A stretch of 61,816 nucleotides of DNA, filler included, from an uncultured bacterium (GCA_964371695.1; 12 parts of 12 records of this genome joined end to end with filler, not necessarily neighbours in it), one strand, 5' to 3'; counted from the first letter of the whole stretch, positions 1 through 10,350 are shown. Program-made: numbers and translations. Notes: a model not told the origin generated them from the letters alone.

Positions 1-3
1 GAA

Positions 4-204
4 TCAGACGAGTTCCACGTTCGCTGCCTGGGGGCCTTTGGGGCCGTCTGTCACTTCAAAGCGCACCTTCGCGCCCTCTTGAAGGGTGCGAAAGCCCGCT
101 CCACCAATGGCGCTGTAGTGCACGAAAACGTCTTTCTGGCCCGGGACTTCGATGAAGCCGAAACCTTTCGCTTCGTTGAACCACTTTACTGTACCTTCCA
201 ACAT
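4..204 (-). CDS. cspA: cold-shock protein
   Basis: 66 aa with [15 protein letters not shown] (RNP1) and DVFVHYS (RNP2); AGGAGG RBS upstream. Confidence 0.97.
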   Translation of the reverse strand: MLEGTVKWFNEAKGFGFIEVPGQKDVFVHYSAIGGAGFRTLQEGAKVRFEVTDGPKGPQAANVELV

Positions 205-366
205 GGTTTTTCCTCCTTTCTAAAAAACCAGGTAAACCCTCGTTACCCTCAGGGGAATCCCATGTCGGAGCACTTCGGTATTACACTGCTGTGCCGGGAG
301 TGTAGCAAGCCTTTGGCAAAGATGCAAGCAAAAAGTTTTTGAGCGTATCGACTACACTGCCCCACC

Positions 367-1341
367 ATGAAAAACCGTTTTTGCCTTTTGTTGCCGTGGG
401 TTCTTTGGACATTCGGCCTGCTTCTCACTTCATTCCCCACTGCCTTTGCGGCACCCCCGCCCCCGGCGCCAGCGCTGAAGTTTGCCGTGATCGGTGACTT
501 CGGCGACATCGGCCCCGGCGAAAAAGCCGTGGCCAGCATGGTGGATTCCTGGGGTGCGAGTTTCATTGTCACCACCGGCGACAACAGTTACCCCATCGGC
601 GACAGCGGTGGTTATGCCCGCAATCTCGTGCCCTACAAACACTGGATGGACCCGGACCCGGCCAAAAACCGTTTCTGGCCCGCCGTGGGCAACCACGACT
701 ATGTGCCCGGCACGGGTTACGCCACCTTCAAAAAGGTTTTCAAGGCGCTGAAAAACCAGGTGACCTATCGCCTGGCTCGCGGGCCGGTGGAGTTTTTCTT
801 TCTCGACAGCCACTGGCCCGTGCTGGGGGGGCAAAAAAACTTCGACCAGTACTTCAAACACCAGCGCAACTGGCTGGCCCAGTCGCTCAAAAACAGCAAG
901 GCCCCCTGGAAGGTGGTGCTGTTCCACCACCCGCCTTTCACCACCTCAGGCCACGCCCCCACGCCCTACATGCAGTGGCCCTTCAAGGCCATGGGGGCGG
1001 ACCTGGTGCTGACTGGTCACAACCACGTTTATGAACGCCAGACCGGCGGGCCGTTTCCCCACCTTGTCAACGGCGCAGGGGGGCGCACCCACTTTTACCC
1101 CTGCTGCCAACAGAAAAACCCGGGGCCGGGAAAGTTTTTTTGCCTCACCGACCACTACGGCGCACAACGGGCCGAGGCCACGTCCGACCAACTCACGCTT
1201 TCGTTTTTTTCGCCAGAGTGGCCCGACACGGCGCTGGACGTGTGTACGCTCACCAAAACGGCGAGCGGCTCGGTCATGACGTGCCAGACCCCCAGCCCCC
1301 TGCCCAAAGGAACCAACGCCGACCAGTGTACGGGCCATTGA
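367..1341 (+). CDS. secreted calcineurin-like metallophosphoesterase
   Basis: Signal peptide; motifs GDFG, GDNSY, GNHD, HHPP, GHNH. Confidence 0.9.
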   Translation: MKNRFCLLLPWVLWTFGLLLTSFPTAFAAPPPPAPALKFAVIGDFGDIGPGEKAVASMVDSWGASFIVTTGDNSYPIGDSGGYARNLVPYKHWMDPDPAKNRFWPAVGNHDYVPGTGYATFKKVFKALKNQVTYRLARGPVEFFFLDSHWPVLGGQKNFDQYFKHQRNWLAQSLKNSKAPWKVVLFHHPPFTTSGHAPTPYMQWPFKAMGADLVLTGHNHVYERQTGGPFPHLVNGAGGRTHFYPCCQQKNPGPGKFFCLTDHYGAQRAEATSDQLTLSFFSPEWPDTALDVCTLTKTASGSVMTCQTPSPLPKGTNADQCTGH

Positions 1342-1342
1342 A

Positions 1343-2161
1343 GTGAGTACCCTGCCCATGGCCCCCGGCCACACCTGGCTGGCCCTTTTTCCGCACCCCG
1401 ACGACGAACTGTTCATGGCCGGTCTGCTGCGGTCTGCCGCCGCAAAAGGCGTGAAAATTGTTCCGGTGTTTGCCACCAGCGGCGAGCACAGCGGCGCGGG
1501 TGTGGCGGCGGCGGTGCGCAAAAGCGAGAGCCGGGCCGCCCTGGCGCTTTTGGGTCTGGATCCTGCCACGGCCCTGTGGCTGGATCAGCCCGACGGCGCG
1601 CTTATCCACCATCTGGCCCCCCTTCACCGCCTGCTGCTGAAACTGATGTTGGCCCACCGGCCCCAGGTGGTGTGGTGTGCCGGTTATGAAGGCGGCCACC
1701 AGGACCACGACGCCCTTTCGGCGGCCTGTTTTTTTGCCTTCGGGTTATATCAGGACACGCAAAAAACAGACCCCCCGGCCTGTTTGCTGGAGTATTCCAC
1801 CTATCACGCCGACCTTTTCAGGCAGGGCCCCCTGGGGTTCCCGCTGCTCAGCACCCCCCCTGCCCAGCCCATTCAGCTTTATTACACGCGGGGGCTTGGG
1901 CGGCTTTATCGCCAGCTCAAACAGGTTTACGCCAGCCAGAACATTCACCTGCAACGCCTCACGTTTGCCGGAGACTGGCTGGCGGTGTCGCTGCGGGGCG
2001 AGCCCTGGCGGGACGTGCCGGAAAACCGCGATTACACCCGCCCCCCTGTGCTTGGCCCGGTGGCCTATGAAGCCCTGAGAAACCCGGCCGGCGCCAATTT
2101 CAGGGATTTCTCAAATTGTGTGAATCGTCACAAAAATGCCCTGAAACAAGGGGGAAAATAG
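1343..2161 (+). CDS. PIG-L/LmbE family deacetylase
   Basis: PHPDDE, TSGE and GHQDH motifs; starts 1 nt after the upstream stop. Confidence 0.9.
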   Translation: MSTLPMAPGHTWLALFPHPDDELFMAGLLRSAAAKGVKIVPVFATSGEHSGAGVAAAVRKSESRAALALLGLDPATALWLDQPDGALIHHLAPLHRLLLKLMLAHRPQVVWCAGYEGGHQDHDALSAACFFAFGLYQDTQKTDPPACLLEYSTYHADLFRQGPLGFPLLSTPPAQPIQLYYTRGLGRLYRQLKQVYASQNIHLQRLTFAGDWLAVSLRGEPWRDVPENRDYTRPPVLGPVAYEALRNPAGANFRDFSNCVNRHKNALKQGGK

Positions 2162-2180
2162 GTCGAAAAGTTAAGAGAAC

Positions 2181-2510
2181 ATGCAGATTGTGGGTCAACC
2201 CAACTTTTATGCGTCTTTGCAGCCCCCTGGCGACAAACCGGCGTCCGCTGCTGCGTCTGCCAGAAAACAGACTGGGGCCAAGCCTTTTCCCACACCGGCC
2301 CAACTGGCTGGCCAGCCGACCTCACCCGCCCCTGGCCCATCCTCCTCTGCGTCCGCCGGGGCAGAAACCGACCCCCTCGAAATGCTCAACCAGATCCGCC
2401 GGTTTGTAGAAGAAGACGTGGTGTTTCACCAGGAAGTGGTGGGTGAATCACTGCTGTGGCAACTGGACATGCTGGCGGGTCTGATCTCCAAGGGGACCAA
2501 GAAAGCGTAG
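2181..2510 (+). CDS. hypothetical protein (Pro/Ala-rich linker plus C-terminal helix)
   Basis: ATG start, co-oriented, fills the gap; no recognisable motif. Confidence 0.55.
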   Translation: MQIVGQPNFYASLQPPGDKPASAAASARKQTGAKPFPTPAQLAGQPTSPAPGPSSSASAGAETDPLEMLNQIRRFVEEDVVFHQEVVGESLLWQLDMLAGLISKGTKKA

Positions 2511-2722
2511 TGGTTCATTCGACTTAGAATGAGTAGCAGCGATGGGGACATCGCTGCTAACTTTTGGTAAGAAACCCAGGTTTTATGCCCTTTACAGGAG
2601 TAGGCGCGACGCCCCCGTCGCGCAAAAGGCTGGACGAAATCAGGGGTTTTTGCTCTTCGCGGCGACGGGGGCGTTGCCGCTACTCAGGTAAACCTGACAG
2701 CAATGGACACCGCACCTGCTCC
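2510..2722. mobile_element. mosaic MITE: IS630-like left end, GTAG REPs, IS4-like right end
   Basis: TA|GTGGTTCATTCG...AATGAGTAG as at 29623 and 49783; CCTGACAGCAATGGACACCGCACCT as at 50029. Confidence 0.7.
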
Positions 2723-2749
2723 TTAGCTCTTTCCAGATGAAACACCCTG

Positions 2750-4345
2750 CTATCGCGGGTTGCCGCCGGGCCGATAGGTGAAACAGGCCGAGGCGGCGCA
2801 CCACAGCAGGGTTTTGCCGTCTGGCGACAGGTTCAGCCAGCGGGCTTTGCGGCCCACAAAAATCACGGGGCGGCGCTGGCCTGTTTCGTCGAACGCATAC
2901 AACCAGCCATCCATATAATTCGCCCCCCAGATTTTGCCGTCGGCGGGCCACTTCACCATGAACCGTATGCCCGGCGGGAAGTAGAGCGTCTTGACCGCCT
3001 TGAGCGTGCTGGCAGAAAAAATCTCGATGCGCCCGGTGATGACGTCCGAGACATAAAGCAGGTTTTTGTCTTCATCCAGCAACACGTCCGGCGCAAGACT
3101 TCGCCCCCGGCGCTTCACCTCTATGACCTGGCTGAAATTTTTGCCGAAGTGTTTGCGCACCTCGCCCGTTTGCACCGTGGAATAAAAACAGGGGCGCGTG
3201 GCCGAGCGGCAGAACGCCATGTGTGAGCCGTGAAGCGGGAGGTCGTGCTGAACGGGCTTTTGGGGGTTGCGCACATCCAGCCACACCATCAGGCGGTTGC
3301 TTTCATAACCGGCGATGATCCAGGCCAGACCGGGGTGATAAATCAGCCCCGTGAGGCCGCTGGAAACCAGTGTGCGCAGGCGGCTGTGGCTGAGGATTTT
3401 CCGGGTGCGTTCGTCCAGCACATACAACTGGCCGCCCTTGTTGAAATCGCCCACCAGCACCAGATGCATGGCGCAGTCCACCACGCCGTTGTCGGCGGTG
3501 GAGCCGATGGGCAGATAACCCTTGTTGTTGTGTTGCAGCGTGGTTTTGTTCTGGGAGAGGCCCGTCATGCTGCGGGTGCCCATCCAGTATTCACCGGGGC
3601 GGCAGCCCTGTTGCAGCCAGCGGAAGTCCAGCTCCGGGTCGTGGCGCACCAGCCGCACCTGGGGGTGGGCGGCCACCCGCGCCACCTGCCGGTTCATGGG
3701 GGCCACATACCATTCCACCAACAGGGCGGGCAGGGCGGTGTTGATGACGGCGGCGAACACCAGCGCGGGCGGCACCCGCAGGCGTGAACCGGCGAACCAC
3801 AGCAGCAGGCACATGATCCAGCCGGTGAAGGCGTTGGGGTGGGTCTGGCCGCCAAACTGCGTGCGCAGCATCCAGAACAGAATCAGCGGCAGCGCCACCT
3901 TCCAGGCCGGGGGCAGGGCAAACCCCCGCTCGGTTTGCAGCGCGCCCCAATACAGCAACACCGCCAGCAGGGCCGTGCCCGCCAGACACCCCGCCACCGC
4001 CCAGCCCCCCATGGCAAACTGAATCAGCACCAGCAGCCCGCCGCTGATGATCGCAAAAAACAGGCCGCTCAACAGTCCCCAGAGCACCACGGCCCACAGC
4101 GGCAGCGCCGGGCCAGCGGCCAGGGCGCGGCCCCAGGGCAGGTCCACCGGCATCAGTCGGCCCAGGGTTTCCTGTCTGGCCCAATACTGGGCGAGCAGCG
4201 CCACCGCCCCCAGCGCCCACCACACCGGCATGAAGATATAGAACCCCGACACCGGCAACACCGCCGGTGTGGCCCACATCCAGAATCCCCAGGTGGCCAG
4301 GGTGCGCCAGCGCGTCATGCGGGGGTATTTTATCGCGTGGGGCAT
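2750..4345 (-). CDS. multi-TM membrane protein with C-terminal beta-propeller (YVTN-like)
   Basis: Hydrophobic N-half; blades such as LLYVSDV and IWGANY; start uncertain (4345 or 4354). Confidence 0.65.
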   Translation of the reverse strand: MPHAIKYPRMTRWRTLATWGFWMWATPAVLPVSGFYIFMPVWWALGAVALLAQYWARQETLGRLMPVDLPWGRALAAGPALPLWAVVLWGLLSGLFFAIISGGLLVLIQFAMGGWAVAGCLAGTALLAVLLYWGALQTERGFALPPAWKVALPLILFWMLRTQFGGQTHPNAFTGWIMCLLLWFAGSRLRVPPALVFAAVINTALPALLVEWYVAPMNRQVARVAAHPQVRLVRHDPELDFRWLQQGCRPGEYWMGTRSMTGLSQNKTTLQHNNKGYLPIGSTADNGVVDCAMHLVLVGDFNKGGQLYVLDERTRKILSHSRLRTLVSSGLTGLIYHPGLAWIIAGYESNRLMVWLDVRNPQKPVQHDLPLHGSHMAFCRSATRPCFYSTVQTGEVRKHFGKNFSQVIEVKRRGRSLAPDVLLDEDKNLLYVSDVITGRIEIFSASTLKAVKTLYFPPGIRFMVKWPADGKIWGANYMDGWLYAFDETGQRRPVIFVGRKARWLNLSPDGKTLLWCAASACFTYRPGGNPR

Positions 4346-4953
4346 TGCCCCCACAGTCCCGCGCCGCCTGCGCGGGCGTCAAGAGCCATTTGCTCAAACC
4401 TGTCCTGAAATTGGGTGTTGGGGGCGATGGCCATGGGCGTGGCAAATCCGCCGCTGAGCAACAGTTCGTTCACCATTTTTTCCTGTCCGTTTTCGGTGAT
4501 CCACACATAGGCCAGCAGGCGGCCATAACGGTCGCGGGGGTCTTCGCCCGGTTCCAGGCGCACCGTGCGGCCCATCACCCAATTTTTGTTGGCCTGTGTG
4601 GACTCTTGGCAGAAACACTCCCCCGAATAATTCCCCCGGGGTTTTTCGGGTGTGTCCACGCCGATATAGCGCACACGGCGGCCATCCTTGAGGGCGATGG
4701 TGTCGCCGTCTATCACCCAGGCTGCCTCGGAATAAAAGGACTGGCCCGGCGTGGCCTGTTCCGGCGGCGTCTCTCTGGATGACGGTGTCTCGGTGGGTGG
4801 CGAATTGTCCCATTTGGGGGGCGGAATCTGGCGCTGATAAGGCGTGCGGCCCAGCAACAGGGCGATGATCACCGCCAGCAGCAGGCCCCCCAGCGTGAGG
4901 GGTTTGCGGCGGCGGCTGCGGGGAAAAAGAAAGGGCGACCGGTGGCGAGCCAT
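4330..4953 (-). CDS. thermonuclease (SNase) family protein, membrane-anchored
   Basis: VIDGDTI, VRYIGVDTPE, DRYGRLLAYV, GLW; N-terminal TM helix; ATG at 4953. Confidence 0.92.
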   Translation of the reverse strand: MARHRSPFLFPRSRRRKPLTLGGLLLAVIIALLLGRTPYQRQIPPPKWDNSPPTETPSSRETPPEQATPGQSFYSEAAWVIDGDTIALKDGRRVRYIGVDTPEKPRGNYSGECFCQESTQANKNWVMGRTVRLEPGEDPRDRYGRLLAYVWITENGQEKMVNELLLSGGFATPMAIAPNTQFQDRFEQMALDARAGGAGLWGQCPTR

Positions 4954-5138
4954 TGCGGTCAGGTTACCTGTAGCCCCGGCGTCTCGCCGGGAGAAAAAAA
5001 ACCGCTGCAGGCGGCGCAAAACAGATGCCTTTTAGGGAAATGAAAGAAAAAAGACAAAAAGGTGCGCGCCTCTGGCGCGGCAAATACTCCCGGCAGTTCG
5101 AGCGGAGTCTTTCTGGGTGCCCATTGGGGCACCCAGCC
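4951..5138. mobile_element. IS4-like MITE left part with GTAG REP and hairpin module
   Basis: CATTGCGGTCAGGTT end plus GTAGCCCCGGCGTCTCGCCGGGAG; similar to 53028-53239. Confidence 0.75.
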
Positions 5139-5238
5139 NNNNNNNNNNNNNNNNNNNNNNNNNNNNNNNNNNNNNNNNNNNNTTAATTAATTAANNNNNN
5201 NNNNNNNNNNNNNNNNNNNNNNNNNNNNNNNNNNNNNN
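5139..5238. other. artificial contig linker (first of 11)
   Basis: N44-TTAATTAATTAA-N44; also 10351-10450, 15560-15659, 20757-20856, 25946-26045, 31130-31229, 36289-36388, 41419-41518, 46543-46642, 51637-51736, 56729-56828. Confidence 0.99.
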
Positions 5239-5395
5239 GGCGTCAGGTGGCCTGTTTCTTCACCCAGATGGCCCACCCCCAGGGGCCGGAAGTGTTGCCG
5301 CCCACCGGCAAGCTGGACAGGCCCTGCCCCGCACCCCCCAAATCAAAAATCCAGTTGCCGTGAGGAAGAGGGAATGGCGCCGGATCGCGCCAACC

Positions 5396-6013
5396 CTATT
5401 TCGCCCCTTTGGCCATCATGGCCCGCAGGCGGCGCACGGCTTTTTTCTTGAGGCGGCTCAGATAACTGGGGCTGATCTGCATTTCGTTGAGCAGATACTC
5501 CGAGGGTTTGTCGTGCAGAAAAAGGGCCTCCATCACACGGCGTTCTTTGTCAGGGAGGCGGCCCACGCACTCCACGAGTTTTTCAAATCGGTCGCTGGTG
5601 GCCAGGTCGCTGGCGAAGCGGTCTTCGTCTTCTGGCCCCACCCGAATCACCTTGAGCAGGTCGTCGTCGTAATCCACCCGCGCGCCCTTGAGTTTTTCGC
5701 GCTCGATGTAGTTGATGACTGTGCCCCGGATGCGAAAGGGCGCGTAGGTGCTGAACATGTACGAACGCCCAGGGTCAAACCGCTCCACGGCGTCAATCAG
5801 CCCCAGGGTGCCCTCCTGAATCATGTCCATGATGATGGCCTGACGGGGGTGCATTTCGGCCACGATCTTGAACACCAGCGGCTGGTAACTGCTGATGATT
5901 TTGGCCCTGGCGGCCAGGTCGCCCTGTTGTTTGAAACGCCGCCACAGTTCCTTCTCCTCCTCTTTACTGAGGAGGTCCACTTTCTGAAGTTCTCGCAAAT
6001 AATCCTTGAACAC
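5396..6013 (-). CDS. alternative sigma-70 family sigma factor
   Basis: Region 1.2 YLRELQKVDLLSKEEE; region 2 DMIQEGTLGLIDAVERFDP...FSTYA; region 4 SYLSRLKKKAVRRLR; likely GTG start at 6013. Confidence 0.9.
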   Translation of the reverse strand: MFKDYLRELQKVDLLSKEEEKELWRRFKQQGDLAARAKIISSYQPLVFKIVAEMHPRQAIIMDMIQEGTLGLIDAVERFDPGRSYMFSTYAPFRIRGTVINYIEREKLKGARVDYDDDLLKVIRVGPEDEDRFASDLATSDRFEKLVECVGRLPDKERRVMEALFLHDKPSEYLLNEMQISPSYLSRLKKKAVRRLRAMMAKGAK

Positions 6014-6156
6014 GGCGGTTGGCCAGGGGTTGGCAGTGTCGCATATTATGTCATGAGCAGGCCAACCAAAAGGCCGGAAGTTGGCAAGCGGCGGCGGCGG
6101 CCCGCCAAAAGCCGCCAAACCGGCAATTCCCTGGCCCCGGGGCGGATGTTATGGGC

Positions 6157-6405
6157 ATGTCCAAGAAGAAAACCGTCAGCCACAGCCTGGGCACCCGCCG
6201 CCTGGCCCGCCGCCTGGAGGACCTGCTGGATTTTCTGGTGGAGGGAGAAAGCGCCCTCCTGCGCCAGCCCATCAGTCAGGCCCGTTGGCTCACGCTGGCC
6301 CACCTGCTCAAGAACAGCCGCGAAGAACTGGTGGACACCCTGCCCCTGCTGCACCCTCCCCAGCAGGAATACCTCATGACGCTGCTCACACTGAAGGTGG
6401 CGTGA
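6157..6405 (+). CDS. small hypothetical protein
   Basis: 82 aa from ATG, host-like codon usage, divergent from the sigma gene. Confidence 0.55.
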   Translation: MSKKKTVSHSLGTRRLARRLEDLLDFLVEGESALLRQPISQARWLTLAHLLKNSREELVDTLPLLHPPQQEYLMTLLTLKVA

Positions 6406-6415
6406 TCGTCAGTCG

Positions 6416-7975
6416 TTATTCAATCGCCATCAGGCTGTTGTGGTCGGTGAGGAACTGAAGGGCGTATTCCATTTCGCCTTCGGTTTCGGCGTGCAGGGTA
6501 AAAAGGATGTCGCCTTTCTGCACCTGCTGGCCCAGGCCCACGTGCAGCTCCACGCCAGCGGCCTTTGCCTCTGGCGCGCCCGCCAGTCGCGCCACCTTGG
6601 CCAGTTTGCGGTTGTCCATGGCGGTGATCACGCCAGAGCCCGCGCTTTTTATATCGTGGCGCAGCGGCGCGATGGGCGGCTCGAACAGCCCGCCCTGGGC
6701 CCGGCAGATGGCCTGAAACTTCTCCCATCCCGCGCCGCTTTCCAGGGTTTTGCTGGCCATGGCCTCTCCCTGGCCTTCCTTCGCCTTGCCGCACATCTCC
6801 AGCAACTGGCCGCTCAAAAACAGCGCCCGCCGCCTCAGCTCGGCATTGGCCTGGGGGTGGCCCGTGAGCACCGCCAGCACATCGCGGGCCTCCAGCGCCG
6901 GGCCAATGCCGCTGCCCACCGGCGCGTTGCCGTCGGTGAGCACCACTTTCAGTTTCAGGCCAAAGTGGCTGGCCACGATAGAGAGATTTTCTTCGAGCAG
7001 GCGGGCGTTGTCTTCGCTGCGCACCTTGGCGGTGGGGCCCACGGGAATATCCAGCAACACGTGGGTGGAACCGGCGGCGATTTTTTTGCTCAGCACCGAG
7101 GCCACCAGTTGGCCTTCGCTGTCCAGGTCCAGGGCGCGCTCCACGCGGATGAGAATGTCATCGGCGGGCGAAAGGCTGGCAGCCGCGCCCCAGGCCAGAC
7201 AGCCACCCTCCTGCTCCACCACGCGGCGCATTTCGTCCATGCTCAGCGACACGCGGGTGAGGGTTTCCATGGTGTCTGCCGTGCCAGAGGCCGAGGTGAT
7301 GGCCCGTGACGAGGTTTTGGGCATGAGCAGGCCGTGGCAGGTGAGCAGGGCCACCACGATGGGTGTGGTGCGGTTGCCGGGAATGCCCCCCACGCAGTGT
7401 TTGTCGGCCACCACCGCGCCGGGCCAGTGCAGCCGCTGACCCGCCTGCACCATGGCGTGGGTCAGCCCCGCCATTTCGGTGGCGCTCAGGCGATTGCCCC
7501 CGCAGGCAGCAATAAAAGCCGCCAGGTGTACGTCGGCGTAATGGCCCGCCACCACGTCATTGATGATGGCTTCAAAGTCGGCCTGTTCCAGCACGCGGCC
7601 AAACACCTTGGCCCGCACATACTTCAGTGAATCCAGCGGCGCCGGGTGGGCAAAGCGGGCAGGTTCGCCCTCGTGGGCGTCCAGCAACCGCCACGCGGCT
7701 TCGCTCAGGCCCGCCTGATGCTGGCCCAGCAGGTCGCCCCTCACCAGATTGAGCGTGGCCACGATGTGTTTTTTGGCCGTGGTCACCTCCACCCGGTTCA
7801 TGCTTTCAAACCCCTCGCTGCGGGCCACGGCGCTGTCTTCGCGCAGATACAGCACCGGCTCCTGATGGGTATCAATGCCCAGGCGGTGCAGCAGCAGACA
7901 CCCCCGCGTGTGGGGGGCGTCGGGGCAGTTTTTGGGGGGGATGTGAGAGGTCAATGGAAGTCTGCACTCGCGCAA
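6416..7975 (-). CDS. AMP phosphorylase-like thymidine phosphorylase family protein
   Basis: DKHCVGGIPGNRTT, PKTSSRAITSASGTAD, SVLSKK; extra N-terminal domain (LGIDTHQEP); start uncertain. Confidence 0.9.
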   Translation of the reverse strand: MRECRLPLTSHIPPKNCPDAPHTRGCLLLHRLGIDTHQEPVLYLREDSAVARSEGFESMNRVEVTTAKKHIVATLNLVRGDLLGQHQAGLSEAAWRLLDAHEGEPARFAHPAPLDSLKYVRAKVFGRVLEQADFEAIINDVVAGHYADVHLAAFIAACGGNRLSATEMAGLTHAMVQAGQRLHWPGAVVADKHCVGGIPGNRTTPIVVALLTCHGLLMPKTSSRAITSASGTADTMETLTRVSLSMDEMRRVVEQEGGCLAWGAAASLSPADDILIRVERALDLDSEGQLVASVLSKKIAAGSTHVLLDIPVGPTAKVRSEDNARLLEENLSIVASHFGLKLKVVLTDGNAPVGSGIGPALEARDVLAVLTGHPQANAELRRRALFLSGQLLEMCGKAKEGQGEAMASKTLESGAGWEKFQAICRAQGGLFEPPIAPLRHDIKSAGSGVITAMDNRKLAKVARLAGAPEAKAAGVELHVGLGQQVQKGDILFTLHAETEGEMEYALQFLTDHNSLMAIE

Positions 7976-8032
7976 TCTTGTTTTGTTTCCGGATTATTTC
8001 CCTCACCCGGCGCGCTGTTGCCGGTGAGCGGC

Positions 8033-8236
8033 CATTTCTGTCAGGTTTAAAAAAAGCTGAAGGATTACAGGGTTTTTTTAAGTAGCCCCGGCGTCTCGCC
8101 GGGAGTATTGGCCGCGCCGGAGGCGCGCACCTTTTTGTCTTCCCCCACTTCACTGAAAAACTTCTGTATTGCGCCGCCTGCGGCGGTTTTTATTCTCCCG
8201 GCGAGACGCCGGGGCTACAGGTTACTGACAGCAACG
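8033..8236. mobile_element. IS4-like MITE carrying an inverted GTAG REP pair
   Basis: Ends CATTTCTGTCAGG / CTGACAGCAACG; internal GTAGCCCCGGCGTCTCGCCGGGAG and its inverse. Confidence 0.8.
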
Positions 8237-8309
8237 GGAGAGGATTTCTCTTTCTCCTTTTATACGTCTCCAAACAGGCCGATCTGCTTGCGGTGAGGTT
8301 TTAACTTGC

Positions 8310-10350
8310 CTAGCCGCCCTCCGTGTCGTCTTCTTCGGGGGGCGTCACGTCAATGGCCATCACCTCGTCGCCTTCGCCCAGGTTGATGAGTTTCACGCCC
8401 TGGGTGTTGCGGCCGATGTTGCGGATGTCCTTGAGCTTCTGGCGGTTGAGGATGCCGTTTTTGGTGATGATGATCAGCTCGTCTTCTTTCTCGGCCAGGG
8501 CGATGCCCAGCACCTTGCCCACCTTGGGGGTGGTCTTCATGGTGATGAGGCCCTTGCCGCCCCGGTTCTGGCGGCGATATTCCGTAAAGCGCGTGAGTTT
8601 GCCCATGCCCCGGTTGCTCACCACCAGCAGCGAAAGGTCGTCGTTCACCAGCGCCATGCCGATCACCATGTCCCCGGCCCGCAGGTCAATGCCGCTCACG
8701 CCCTGGGTGTCTCGGCTGAGGGGGCGGGCCTGCTCACTGGAGAACCGGATGCTGAGGCCATCGCGGGTGGCGAGAATCACATCGTTGTCCTTTTCCATCT
8801 GGGCCACGGCGCACAGGTCGTCTCCGTCTTTCAGACGCATGGCGATCAGCCCCATGCTGATGCGGCTGTTGTATTCCGAAAGCGCGGTTTTCTTCACCAT
8901 GCCGTGGGTGGTTGCCATGAGCAGGAACTTGCCCTGGGCTTCGTCAAAGTCTTTGAGAGGAATGATGGCCTGGATGGTTTCTTCAGAGTCCATCTTCAGC
9001 ACGTTCACCGCTGCGATGCCCTTGGCGATGCGGCTGCCCACGGGCACTTCGTGGGTCTTGATGCGGTAACACTTGCCCTTGTTGGTGAAGAAGAGCAAAA
9101 AGTGATGGGTGTTGCTCACGCACAGGTGATTCACCACGTCTTCGCCCCGGGTGGTGAGGCCCTTGATGCCCTTGCCGCCCCGGTGCTGGCTGCGGTAAGT
9201 GCTGAGCGGCGTGCGCTTGATGTAACCCGATTGGGTGACCGTGACCACCACTTCTTCTTCCTGAATCAGGTCTTCTTCGTCAAACTCACCCAGTTCGCCC
9301 TGAATGCGCGTGCGCCGGGCGTCGCCGTATTTTTCCCGCACGTCGGTGAGGTCTTCGCGGATGAGTTCCAGAATCTTGCGTTCGTCGGCCAGAATGGCCT
9401 GAAGTTCGGCGATGCGTTTTTGCAGCTCGGCGTATTCCTCTTGCAGTTTTTTGGTTTCCAGCGCCGTGAGGCGGGACAAGCGCATTTCGAGAATCGCACT
9501 GGCCTGAATCTCGCTCAGTTTGTATTTCTCCATCAGGCCCGTGCGGGCCTGATCAGCATCGCGGCTGGCCTTGATGAGGGCGATCACGCCGTCAATGTCC
9601 TGCAGGGCGATGAGCAGACCTTCCAGAATGTGTGCCCGCTCCTGGGCCTTCCGCAGTTCATGCTCGGTGCGGCGGCGCAACACCACGCGGCGGTGGTCCA
9701 GATAATGCGTGAGCATTTCCTTGAGCGACAGCTCGCGGGGCTGGCCCTTGACGAGCGCCAGGTTGATGATGCCGAAGGTGTTCTGCAGCGAGGTCATTTT
9801 GTAGATTTTGTTGAGCACCACCTGGGGGTGGGCGTCGCGGCGCAGCTCGATCACCACGCGCATGCCCTCGCGGTTGGATTCGTCGCGGATGTCGGTGATG
9901 CCATCGAGCTTTTTCTCGCGCACCAGTTCGGCCATGCGCTCGATCATGGCGGCCTTGTTCACCTGATAAGGCACCTCGGTGATCACGATGCGATACTTGC
10001 CGCTCTTGCCCTCTTCGATTTCGGCCACACCCCGCACCAGCACCTTGCCCCGGCCCGTGGTGTAGGCCTGACGAATGCCCTCTTTGCCCAGAATGATGCC
10101 GCCGGTGGGGAAATCCGGCCCCCGCACTTTTTTCATCAACTCTTCCAGCGTCACGCCGTCATAACTCACCGTGTTGTCAGAGCCAACCTCCATTTTTTCC
10201 ACCACCAGCAGACAGGCGTCCACCAGTTCCCGCAGGTTGTGGGGGGGAATGTTGGTGGCCATGCCCACGGCGATGCCGCCAGAGCCGTTCATGAGCAGGT
10301 TGGGAATGCGGGCGGGCAGCACGGTGGGTGCGGTTTCCTCACCGTCAAAG
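8310..10350 (-). CDS. gyrA: DNA gyrase subunit A (5' end truncated by contig end)
   Basis: [22 protein letters not shown], GyrA box QHRGGKG, beta-pinwheel repeats. Confidence 0.96.

Noticed and set aside
4330-4953. Nuclease as part of an anti-phage defence system
   Set aside because: Ordinary membrane-anchored SNase with no defence-type neighbours.
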